Of a DNA stretch of 28,986 nucleotides, positions 19,051 through 28,986 are shown piece after piece (position 1 is the first letter of the stretch; the number at the start of each line of letters is the position of its first letter). The translations under genes and the position numbers were made by a program. The stretch covers positions 1-28,986 of the forward strand of contig JAYVYA010000040.1 in the NCBI GenBank assembly GCA_043784745.1, read 5' to 3'. The notes under the pieces were generated by a model. That model saw only the letters and a program-made list of their open reading frames with translations. It did no database searches and had not been told where the DNA came from. The DNA is from Hyphomicrobiales bacterium. Its GTDB lineage: Bacteria > Pseudomonadota > Alphaproteobacteria > Rhizobiales > Beijerinckiaceae.

Positions 19051-19581
19051 ATGTCCTATGTCGATCACACACTCATCACAGGGGAGACCGTGCGGGCACG
19101 GGCAAAACTGCATTGGCTGATCTACATCTGGCCGCTGATCGTGCTGCTGGCCGGGCTGGCGCTGTTCTTTTGGGGACGTGACCTTGGTTCGCATATCATG
19201 GCGTTTTTCCTCATGGTGGCGGGCGGGGCCATTGCCCTCTACGGCGCGGCCAAGTGCCTGTATGCATTCGTGATTGGCTACACCACCGAACTGGCCGTGA
19301 CCAATTTCCGGGTGATTGCCAAGCGTGGAGTGATCGAGCGCGAGACGGTCGAACAGATTTTGAACCGCGTTGATTCCATTGAGGTGACGCAGAGCCTGCT
19401 CGGTCGCCTGTTTGATTATGGCACCGTCATGGTTACCGGCACCGGGGTCACCCACACGCCGATCAGCATGATTGCCGATCCGCTCGGTTTCCGCCGCGCC
19501 GTCCACACGGCGATTGAAAATCATCCGCAAGCCACGGGCCAGGCACCGGACCCGTCTTTGTCAAAACAAAAAGGCTCCTGA
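19051..19581 (+). CDS. Bacterial PH-domain (bPH_2-like) membrane protein inserted in the atp operon
   Basis: [18 protein letters not shown], two TMs, then [16 protein letters not shown]...[24 protein letters not shown]. Confidence 0.85.
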   Translation: MSYVDHTLITGETVRARAKLHWLIYIWPLIVLLAGLALFFWGRDLGSHIMAFFLMVAGGAIALYGAAKCLYAFVIGYTTELAVTNFRVIAKRGVIERETVEQILNRVDSIEVTQSLLGRLFDYGTVMVTGTGVTHTPISMIADPLGFRRAVHTAIENHPQATGQAPDPSLSKQKGS

Positions 19582-19582
19582 T

Positions 19583-21936
<2,354 letters not shown>

Positions 21937-21954
21937 TGCGATTTGGATGCTGGA

Positions 21955-22263
21955 ATGATTTTGGAATTTGTCGCAAAATATAACGGCACGCTGATTCTGG
22001 TCAGCGGTGTCCTATGCGCGGCGGTTGGGATGATTTACCGGCGTGGACCTTCCGGTCGCAAAAGCCGCGACTACCTGGTTTTCTCTGATGGTTTTCTGGG
22101 CGCGACGGTGGCTTCATTGCTTGTGGTTGCGTTCTGCATTAATCATCTGGAGGAACCAAGCGCCATCGTGCTGCTGAAAGAACAAGCGAACCTGATTGCC
22201 ATCTATTCAGTGCTAGGTAGCATCCAGCAGATTGATTGGTTTGGACGGAGCCTGCGACCATGA
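21955..22263 (+). CDS. Small 3-TM hypothetical membrane protein A (102 aa)
   Basis: Three hydrophobic segments with a basic loop RRGPSGRKS. About 53% GC region. The stop overlaps the next ATG (ATGA). An alternative TTG start exists at 21943. Confidence 0.72.
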   Translation: MILEFVAKYNGTLILVSGVLCAAVGMIYRRGPSGRKSRDYLVFSDGFLGATVASLLVVAFCINHLEEPSAIVLLKEQANLIAIYSVLGSIQQIDWFGRSLRP

Positions 22264-22598
22264 ACCAGCTTGTCGAATTACAAAATTGGATCGGACTGGT
22301 CGTGCTTGGTGTCTCAGCGGCAGGCGCGTTCATAATTGCAGCACGTCGTCCAGGCAAAGCGGACCAAAAGTCGTGGCCGCGACTCTTTATCGAACTGGCG
22401 ACGTTTGGATCTGCCATTGTGGTTTCGATCGGGTTGGGTTCTCCAGCTTGGTTCGAAGCGCTTGGCACACAGAAAATTTTTTTGTTGCTGCTCGCATTCA
22501 GCGCGTTGATGCACGCGATTCAGTACATCGCCAGCGTAGTCAGCCCGGTCCGGGATAGCGATGGCGAAGATATGAATTTGGGGAAACCAACAAAATGA
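22260..22598 (+). CDS. Small 3-TM hypothetical membrane protein B (112 aa)
   Basis: Three hydrophobic segments with a basic loop [14 protein letters not shown] overlaps at both ends (gene A and atpC). Confidence 0.75.
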   Translation: MNQLVELQNWIGLVVLGVSAAGAFIIAARRPGKADQKSWPRLFIELATFGSAIVVSIGLGSPAWFEALGTQKIFLLLLAFSALMHAIQYIASVVSPVRDSDGEDMNLGKPTK

Positions 22599-22996
22599 CC
22601 GCCTTCCACTTTGAACTCGTCGCCCCCGAGCGGCTGCTTTTTTCCGGCAATGTCGAGAGCGTTATTCTCTCCGGCACTGAAGGCGAGATGACGGTTTTGG
22701 CCGATCAGGCTCCGGCGATGACGACGCTGAAACCCGGCATTGTCACCTATGCCGAGTCGGGCGGGGCGGTGAAGAAACTGTTTGTGCGCGCCGGCTTTGC
22801 CGATATTGCGCCCGGCGGCCTGACCATTCTGGCCGAAACTGCCGTGCCGCTGGAGGAATTGTCCGCCGCCAGCATGGATGCGGAAATCAAGGCCGCAGCC
22901 GGTCTGGCCGCCTCTGCCTCCGCTGGGGAAGCCGCGCGGCTGGCTGGCGAAAAGCTGGCGCAGCTCAACGAGCTGAAGGCTGTTTTGAAGCTCTGA
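22595..22996 (+). CDS. atpC: F1 ATP synthase subunit epsilon
   Basis: [46 protein letters not shown] and a C-terminal helical hairpin. Confidence 0.96.
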   Translation: MTAFHFELVAPERLLFSGNVESVILSGTEGEMTVLADQAPAMTTLKPGIVTYAESGGAVKKLFVRAGFADIAPGGLTILAETAVPLEELSAASMDAEIKAAAGLAASASAGEAARLAGEKLAQLNELKAVLKL

Positions 22997-23106
22997 GCCG
23001 TTTCAGAAAGCTGGCGACCCTTGCCGGGTAAATTCAAGTGTTCCCGCGCCGGGGCCACTTGGAGAAACGTGCGGACATGGCAGCCGGACCGCGCCTCACC
23101 GGTGCC

Positions 23107-23350
23107 TTAGAGCATGATGCATTTTATCTGAATCACTCGCCACTTCCCTTCTCCCCCTGCGGGAGAAGGTGGCGCGAAGCGCCGGATGAGGGGTATGCGA
23201 AGCAGGCTAATTGTTTGATCCAAGACCATATTTCGCAATTCGCACTCTGCATCATGCGCTTCGCGCTACCCCTCATCCGCCCCAAGAGGGCCACCTTCTC
23301 CCGCAGGGGGAGAAGGAAAAGCCGCTCAATCTCAACACATCATGCACTAG
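23107..23350. repeat. Nested palindromic MITE/RIME-like element
   Basis: Inner arms 23147-23195 and 23267-23316 share 27 + 13 perfectly inverted bases (CCTTCTCCCCCTGCGGGAGAAGGTGGC ... CGGATGAGGGGTA). Outer arms TAGAGCATGATG (23108-23119) and CATCATGCACTA (23338-23349) match at 11/12. Confidence 0.85.
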
Positions 23351-23624
23351 CCCCGCTTGCGCGGGAAAATAGCCGCTCCTGCGCAACGGGACAGAGGGAG
23401 GAGCCAGCCTTCCAGGAGGTAACGTTCTGTTCCATGACGCATTCGGCCAGCCGCATGCCTTCGCTGGTGGCCAGACAGATTTGCGTACCGAGGGAAACAT
23501 CGGCCCCGCGAAAGCGGCAGGTGCATTCGGGGTTGGCAATGCCAATGGCTATCCATGGCGATTCCGCAAAAGCCGGATTTCCGGCAAGGCAAGTGGCAAA
23601 CAACAGGGCTCGAATTGCGACCAT
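23340..23624 (-). CDS. Small Cys-rich secreted hypothetical protein (94 aa)
   Basis: AGAAGG RBS. Signal peptide MVAIRALLFATCLAGNPAFA. Mature part ECTCRFRG...QICL...MRLAECVMEQNVTSW...LCP. Confidence 0.75.
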   Translation of the reverse strand: MVAIRALLFATCLAGNPAFAESPWIAIGIANPECTCRFRGADVSLGTQICLATSEGMRLAECVMEQNVTSWKAGSSLCPVAQERLFSRASGASA

Positions 23625-23817
23625 GGCATACCTTCTACCCTTGATCTTACGCCGATCAGCGCGGGGTGCAAGGGGGCGCGGGTGGCCCAGGGCAGTCGGG
23701 TGAAACAGCTTGGCGGCCACGACGCATCCCGCATATTTCGAGACGTTCCGCTAGGGCGGCGCTCGAAACCGGTTGCAAAGCGTGAGCCTGCAAAAAATCT
23801 TTCACCCGATTGCCCTG

Positions 23818-25806
23818 CTACCCCGCCACACTCGCTTTCTTCACCGGTCGCGTCATCCCCGTCGCCTTCACCTGCGCAGCCCCCTTCGGCGGTGGCGCCT
23901 TCAACGGGGTGCGCCTCGGCGCGGCCACCACCGGCGGCTCATAGTTTTCGCTAAACAATTCAGCCAGCTTGTCGGTCATCGCCCCGCCGAGCTCTTCCGC
24001 ATCGACGATGGTCACCGCGCGGCGGTAGTAGCGCGTGACATCGTGGCCAATGCCGATGGCGATGAGTTCGACCGGGGACCGCGTTTCGATTTCCTCGATT
24101 ACATAACGCAAATGGCGCTCCAGATAATTGCCGGGATTGACGCTGAGGGTGGAATCATCGACCGGCGCGCCATCCGAAATCATCATCAAAATCTTGCGCT
24201 GCTCGGAGCGTCCCAGCAGGCGGTTGTGGGCCCAGTCGAGCGCCTCGCCGTCAATATTCTCTTTCAAAAGCCCCTCGCGCATCATCAGCCCGAGGTTTTT
24301 TCGCGCCCGCCGCCACGGGGCGTCGGCGCTTTTGTAAATGATGTGGCGCAGGTCGTTCAGGCGGCCCGGCGCGGCGGGCTTGCCGGCCTGCAACCACGCC
24401 TCGCGCGACTGGCCGCCCTTCCACGCCTTGGTGGTAAAGCCCAAAATTTCCACCTTGACGCCGCAGCGCTCCAGCGTGCGCGCCAGAATATCGGCACAGG
24501 TGGCCGCCACCGTGATCGGCCGGCCGCGCATGGAGCCGGAATTGTCGATCAGCAGCGTCACCACCGTATCGCGGAAATCCATGTCTTTTTCGCGCTTGAA
24601 CGACAAGGGCTGCTGCGGATCAATGATGATGCGCGACAGCCGCGCGGGGTCGAGCATGCCCTCTTCGAGGTCAAATTCCCACGAGCGGTTTTGCTGCGCC
24701 ATCAGGCGGCGCTGCAACCGGTTGGCAAGGCGGGCGACGACGGAGGACAGGTTTTGCAATTGTTTGTCGAGATAGGCGCGCAGGCGCTCCAGCTCTTCGG
24801 GCTCGCACAAATCCTCGGCCTGCATCATCTCGTCATGCTTGGTGGTAAAGGCCTTGTAATCGGGGCCGCGATGCTGCTCGCCCCAGGCTGGCGGGCGGCG
24901 CGCCTCGGCGGCTTCATCGGCCTCGCCCGCATCGGCTTCTTCGGGGAATTCGCCGGAAGGGGCGTCTTCGGCCTCCATTGCGCCTTCCTCCATCTCGTCG
25001 GTGGAATCGTCAGCCTTCTGCATTTCGACGCTGTCGCCGGATTCGTCCTGCTCGCCCTCGCCGTCCTGGTCCTGGGTCTCGTCCTTGCTTTCGTTCTTGT
25101 CGTCGTCGCTGTCGTCTTCCTCGCGGTCGATGGCCGAATCATCGCCCATTTCCAGCGAGTTCAGCAGTTTGTGGACGGATTTGGCGAAAGCGCGCTGGTC
25201 GCCGATGTTTTTGCCGAGCGCGTCAAGATCGCCCCTGGCCTTTTCCTCCACCCATTCGCGCCACAGGTTGACGGCTTTTTCGGCGGCTTTGGGCGGGGCG
25301 GCACCGGTCAGCCGCTCGCGCACGATCAGCGCCAGCGCATCTTCCAGCGGAGCCTGCGAGCGGTCGGTGACATCGGCCAGCCCGGCTTTGGCATAGCGGT
25401 CCTCCAGCATGGCCCCCAGATTGCTGGCAACACCAACCATGCGCTGCGCGCCGATGGCCTCGCAGCGGGCCTGTTCCACATTGTCAAACACAGCGCGGGC
25501 ATTGGCCCCCTGCGGGTTCTGGCGGCGGTGGATGGCGGCATCATGCAGCGCCAGTTTCAGCGCCATGGAATCGGAATGGCCGCGCACAATCGCGGCTTCC
25601 GCCGCAGTCAGCTTGCGCGAGGGTTCGGGCAGGCGGGCCTTGGCACTGTCGCCCGAGCCAATCAGGGCCGGTTTTTCGGCGGCAAAGGTTACTTCCAGTT
25701 CCGGCGTCCGGGCCATGGCGCGCATGCAAGCGGCCACCGCCCGCTTGAACGGCTCCTGCGGCGCTTCGGATTTCTGGGCGGGCTTGCGGTTTGAATGTGT
25801 GCTCAT
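23818..25806 (-). CDS. cobT: CobT (vWA-domain partner of CobS; aerobic cobaltochelatase subunit family)
   Basis: [16 protein letters not shown]-terminus, acidic linker, [60 protein letters not shown]. Confidence 0.95.
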   Translation of the reverse strand: MSTHSNRKPAQKSEAPQEPFKRAVAACMRAMARTPELEVTFAAEKPALIGSGDSAKARLPEPSRKLTAAEAAIVRGHSDSMALKLALHDAAIHRRQNPQGANARAVFDNVEQARCEAIGAQRMVGVASNLGAMLEDRYAKAGLADVTDRSQAPLEDALALIVRERLTGAAPPKAAEKAVNLWREWVEEKARGDLDALGKNIGDQRAFAKSVHKLLNSLEMGDDSAIDREEDDSDDDKNESKDETQDQDGEGEQDESGDSVEMQKADDSTDEMEEGAMEAEDAPSGEFPEEADAGEADEAAEARRPPAWGEQHRGPDYKAFTTKHDEMMQAEDLCEPEELERLRAYLDKQLQNLSSVVARLANRLQRRLMAQQNRSWEFDLEEGMLDPARLSRIIIDPQQPLSFKREKDMDFRDTVVTLLIDNSGSMRGRPITVAATCADILARTLERCGVKVEILGFTTKAWKGGQSREAWLQAGKPAAPGRLNDLRHIIYKSADAPWRRARKNLGLMMREGLLKENIDGEALDWAHNRLLGRSEQRKILMMISDGAPVDDSTLSVNPGNYLERHLRYVIEEIETRSPVELIAIGIGHDVTRYYRRAVTIVDAEELGGAMTDKLAELFSENYEPPVVAAPRRTPLKAPPPKGAAQVKATGMTRPVKKASVAG

Positions 25807-26115
25807 GGAAATGATCCTAAACGAATTTGGCCATCGGAAAAGCCGGAAAGCGGTTTTCAGGGTCGATTTCAAGGAGCATCCCCGCCGGATTCCGGGAAAA
25901 ATACGCGCTGGCAAATGACGATGGCGAACGCAAGATGGTTAAACATGAATCAACGCAAAAGCTCATGGCGCTGGCGGCGACCTTTGCCGAAAAACTGCTG
26001 GAAGCGCATCACGCGACAACAAAATGGCGTGATAGAACGGCTGGCTGACCGGCAACAGGGGCATCGTGGCAACAGCACACATAGATCAAAGGAAAATGTT
26101 CGGGCCAGCAATGCC

Positions 26116-26442
26116 CTACGCCGTCCAGCACCCGCCCGTCTTGATCGCCCGGTGCATCGCATCCGGCGCGATATCAATGTCGCCAGGCCATGTCACGGCA
26201 CCGTGTTCGATCCGGGCCTGCGCAAATATCGACGGGTCTGCCAGCGCGGCAAAAACGCCTGCATTCTGGCTATGGATGAGTGGTGACATATTCACCTCGC
26301 CTTCAAGGCCGTCAATAAAGACCACGTGAAGCTTGAATCCGTCCAGCACAATCAGCCGCGCGACGCGCCACGGCATCCGCACACGTATCGGTGGCACTAT
26401 TTCAGCGGAGGCATTTTGTTGGGATGCTGGTTGCGCGTGCAT
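26116..26442 (-). CDS. DUF2442-domain protein (putative antitoxin)
   Basis: PWRVARL...KLHVVFIDGLEGEVNM...GVFAALADPSIFAQ..IEHGAVTWPGDIDIAPDAM is the DUF2442 pattern. Lies downstream of a DUF4160 gene. Confidence 0.85.
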   Translation of the reverse strand: MHAQPASQQNASAEIVPPIRVRMPWRVARLIVLDGFKLHVVFIDGLEGEVNMSPLIHSQNAGVFAALADPSIFAQARIEHGAVTWPGDIDIAPDAMHRAIKTGGCWTA

Positions 26443-26656
26443 AACTCCCAATCCTCCATGAGATCTGCGCCGTTTTCTACGCCCATTCCAGCACAAGCGC
26501 GAGAGCGCGACGAGGCAATTCGCCTTCAATCACTTCCAGCGTCCTGATATCAACCAATGCCTCGTATTCGGCATAGAGCGCGTGAAAATGCGGCGGCGCA
26601 TGATCGCGCCAGAACATCTGGATCAGAACGACGTAAAATGCACTGATGGTCGGCAT
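26397..26656 (-). pseudogene. DUF4160-domain protein (putative toxin), frameshifted
   Basis: MPTISAFYVVLIQMFWRDHAPPHFHALYAEYEALVDIRTLEVIEGELPRRALALVLEWA then TAG (26479-26477). The family C-terminus ENGADLMEDWELCTRNQHPNKMPPLK* continues in another frame to 26397. Adding 1 nt restores an 86-aa protein. Confidence 0.85.
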
Positions 26657-26679
26657 CGTCCCGCACTCATTTGCATGTC

Positions 26680-27669
26680 TCAGCTCAGCGCCACATTCAC
26701 CGCGCTCTCCGGCAATTCTTGCCCGAATGAGCGCTGGTAGAACTCGGCCACCAGGGTCCGCTCCAGTTCATCGCACTTGTTCAAAAACGTCAGGCGGAAG
26801 GCGAAGCCGACGTCCTTGAAAATGTCGGCATTTTCGGCCCAGGTGATCACCGTGCGCGGGCTCATCACGGTGGAGAGGTCGCCGGCCATGAAGGCGTTGC
26901 GGGTGAGATCGGCAACGCGGACCATCTTGTTGACGATGTCGCGGCCTTCCTTGCCCTTGCCAAAATGCTTCACCTTGGCCTGGACAATATCCACTTCCTT
27001 GTCATGGGGCAGGTAATTCAGCGTGGCGACGATCGACCAGCGGTCCATCTGGCCCTGGTTGATCTGCTGGGTGCCGTGGTAGAGGCCGGACGTGTCGCCA
27101 AGGCCAACCGTATTGGCGGTGGCAAACAGGCGGAAGGCGGGATGCGGCTTGATGACGCGGTTCTGGTCCAGCAGGGTCAGCCGCCCCGCCACCTCCAGCA
27201 CGCGCTGGATGACGAACATCACATCGGGCCGGCCCGCATCATATTCGTCAAAGCACAGCGCGACATTGTTTTGCAGCGCCCAAGGCAGGATACCGTCACG
27301 GAATTCGGTCACCTGCTTGCCGTCCTGCAGCACAATCGCGTCCTTGCCGACAAGGTCGATGCGGGAAATATGGCTGTCGAGGTTGACGCGCACCATCGGC
27401 CAGTTCAGCCGCGCTGCCACCTGCTCGATATGGGTGGATTTGCCGGTGCCGTGGTAGCCGGTGACCATGACACGGCGGTTATAGGCAAATCCCGCCAGAA
27501 TTGCCAGAGTGGTATCCCGGTCAAACAGATAATCGGGGTCCAGATCGGGCACATGCTCGTCCGCCACCAGATAGGCCGGAGCCATCATGTCCGAGTCGAT
27601 TCCAAACATTTTGCGCACCGGGACTTTTGTATCCGGCAGGCCATGGATTGGGGCAGCAGCGCTAGACAT
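26680..27669 (-). CDS. cobS: CobS (MoxR-like AAA+ ATPase; aerobic cobaltochelatase subunit family)
   Basis: [12 protein letters not shown], Walker [26 protein letters not shown], Walker [32 protein letters not shown]. Confidence 0.97.
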   Translation of the reverse strand: MSSAAAPIHGLPDTKVPVRKMFGIDSDMMAPAYLVADEHVPDLDPDYLFDRDTTLAILAGFAYNRRVMVTGYHGTGKSTHIEQVAARLNWPMVRVNLDSHISRIDLVGKDAIVLQDGKQVTEFRDGILPWALQNNVALCFDEYDAGRPDVMFVIQRVLEVAGRLTLLDQNRVIKPHPAFRLFATANTVGLGDTSGLYHGTQQINQGQMDRWSIVATLNYLPHDKEVDIVQAKVKHFGKGKEGRDIVNKMVRVADLTRNAFMAGDLSTVMSPRTVITWAENADIFKDVGFAFRLTFLNKCDELERTLVAEFYQRSFGQELPESAVNVALS

Positions 27670-27813
27670 TCATCCTCCGTCCTGAACCAGATTACGCGGG
27701 GGCCGCAGCCCGGCGTTAAAATCCATCCACGGGAACATAGTGCGCCCGGCGCGACAGGACTATCCCGGCGCGGCAAAATCTCCAGCGTTTTTGGCACGAG
27801 GCAGCGCCCCGCG

Positions 27814-28410
27814 TCAAACCAGCCTCGCGATTTTCAGGTGGTTATAGGCGTGGATGATCTCGCGCAGGCGCTCCTCGTTGGAGCGGTCACCGCCATTGGC
27901 GTCGGGGTGGAGGCGCTTCACCCATTCCTTGTAGCGGGCCTTGATGGCGGGGGAATCGGCTGTATCGTCCAGCCCCATCGTGCCCAGCGCCTTCATCGCA
28001 GCCAAGCCGTGGCGCGGGCGGCTGGGTTCCTGCGCTTTTTGGCGGAAGCGGGAGCGGAAAACGCCGACAGGATCGTCGGACGTGTCCTGCCCTTCCTCCC
28101 GGTGGCCCTTGGCCGCGCGGTTGACGCCCATGCTCCACGTCGGGCGGTGGCCAACAATCGCCTCTTTCTGGTATTTCGAGATGGCTTCATCGCTCATCCC
28201 GGTGAAATAATTATAGGTGGAATTATATTCCCGCACATGGTCGATGCAAAAGCAGAAATACTGGCCTTCGCGCTGGCGGCCCATGGGCGCGCGGAATTCC
28301 CCGGCGCGCAGGCAGCCGGGATGGTCACAGCGCGCCTCCTCGGGCTGCGCGGTTTCCAGCGGGGTATTGCGCACCCGGACACGGTCGAAAAGGCGGGAGT
28401 TGAGATTCAT
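27814..28410 (-). CDS. J-domain (DnaJ-like) protein with C-terminal J domain
   Basis: N-terminal CDHPGC...FCFCIDHVREYN and C-terminal IKARYKEWVKRLHPDANGGD...LREIIHAYNHL with the HPD motif. An alternative GTG start exists at 28413. Confidence 0.92.
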   Translation of the reverse strand: MNLNSRLFDRVRVRNTPLETAQPEEARCDHPGCLRAGEFRAPMGRQREGQYFCFCIDHVREYNSTYNYFTGMSDEAISKYQKEAIVGHRPTWSMGVNRAAKGHREEGQDTSDDPVGVFRSRFRQKAQEPSRPRHGLAAMKALGTMGLDDTADSPAIKARYKEWVKRLHPDANGGDRSNEERLREIIHAYNHLKIARLV

Positions 28411-28515
28411 CACGGCAAAAGAGTAAGAGGGCTTGCGGCTCGCGGCAAGGCACAGAACCAGAAAACATTTTTATGCAGAAGTCTTGACGAAACGCTGAAA
28501 GCAGGAGTGTGCCCC

Positions 28516-28779
28516 ATGAACATGCGTGAAAAAATTGCGGCCCGGCTGAATGAAGCGCTGGCCCCGGCCCGTCTGGAAGTGATTGACGAATCACACCAGC
28601 ACGCCGGCCATTCCGGTGCCCGGCCCGGCGGGGAAACCCATTTCCGGGTGAAAATCGCCTCCGCCGCCTTTGCCGGACACAGCCGGATCGCCTGCCACCG
28701 CATGGTCAATGGCCTGCTGGCGGCGGAACTGGCGGGCGAAGTGCATGCGCTGGCCATTGAGGTGCTGCCCCTTTGCTGA
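28516..28779 (+). CDS. bolA: BolA family protein
   Basis: AGGAG RBS. MNMREKIAARLNEALAPARLEVIDESHQHAGH...ETHFRVKI...FAG.SRIACHRMVNGLL...VHALAI. It is the 3' end of the spurious 26965-28779 ORF. Confidence 0.93.
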   Translation: MNMREKIAARLNEALAPARLEVIDESHQHAGHSGARPGGETHFRVKIASAAFAGHSRIACHRMVNGLLAAELAGEVHALAIEVLPLC

Positions 28780-28986
28780 ACGGGGTGAAATTTTGCCCAG
28801 TTGCAGCGTTTGCCATAAAAAAGCCCCCGCTTGTCCACAAAAGCCGCAATGCCAGCAAAGCTTGAGTATGGGGATTGCCTGGGTTATACATCCCCAGGAA
28901 ATTGTTAACCATGTCGCGACAAGTCCCCGCCCGGTAACGAACGGCTAAGGATAACAGCCGTAAACCATGCTGGACGTGCAAGAGTT

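Noticed and set aside
23773-25794. 673-aa plus-strand ORF opposite cobT (and similar shadows opposite atpA, atpG, yhaO and ftsX)
   Set aside because: Fully overlaps a strongly supported gene and has no recognisable domain.
25827-26048. 73-aa plus-strand ORF between cobT and DUF2442 (…[26 protein letters not shown]…)
   Set aside because: The helix-like stretch could be a gene remnant, but there is no clear RBS or family match and it lies in the cobT upstream region.
26965-28515. 604-aa plus-strand ORF ending in BolA, suggesting a large BolA fusion
   Set aside because: The upstream part is antisense to cobS and the J-domain gene. BolA has its own AGGAG RBS and ATG at 28516.
28878-28986. Degenerate CtrA-like half sites (GTTAAC 28904-28909; GTAA-N7-CTAA 28934-28948), a short hairpin, and an ATG at 28967
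   Set aside because: There are two mismatches to consensus and the downstream gene is cut by the window edge, so it cannot be supported.

Overview
GC-rich alphaproteobacterial chromosomal window (Hyphomicrobiales/Rhizobiales-like gene set). It is mostly housekeeping: hpt, a ZitP-like zinc-ribbon gene divergent from ftsE-ftsX with a full CtrA box between them, rpe, the F1 ATP synthase operon atpH-A-G-D-C, and bolA / J-domain / cobS / cobT. Accessory DNA is interspersed. (1) The left end is AT-rich and holds a ParD-like antitoxin tail and two orphan exported proteins, one framed by 23-bp inverted repeats. (2) A SAM methyltransferase frame stays open for 119 codons past its TAG. (3) There is a YhaO/YhaN (Mre11/Rad50-like) nuclease-ATPase pair. 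(4) A TTC38-like, ThDP enzyme and OpgC-like cluster has a divergent secreted esterase. (5) Three extra membrane-protein genes sit inside the atp operon: a bPH_2 gene between atpA and atpG, and two low-GC, mutually similar 3-TM genes chained by ATGA overlaps between atpD and atpC. (6) A DUF4160/DUF2442 pair with a frameshifted DUF4160 lies between cobS and cobT. REP-like doublets and a nested palindromic MITE-like element also occur. No rRNA, tRNA or CRISPR array was seen. All family assignments come from motif recognition by eye, not from database searches.
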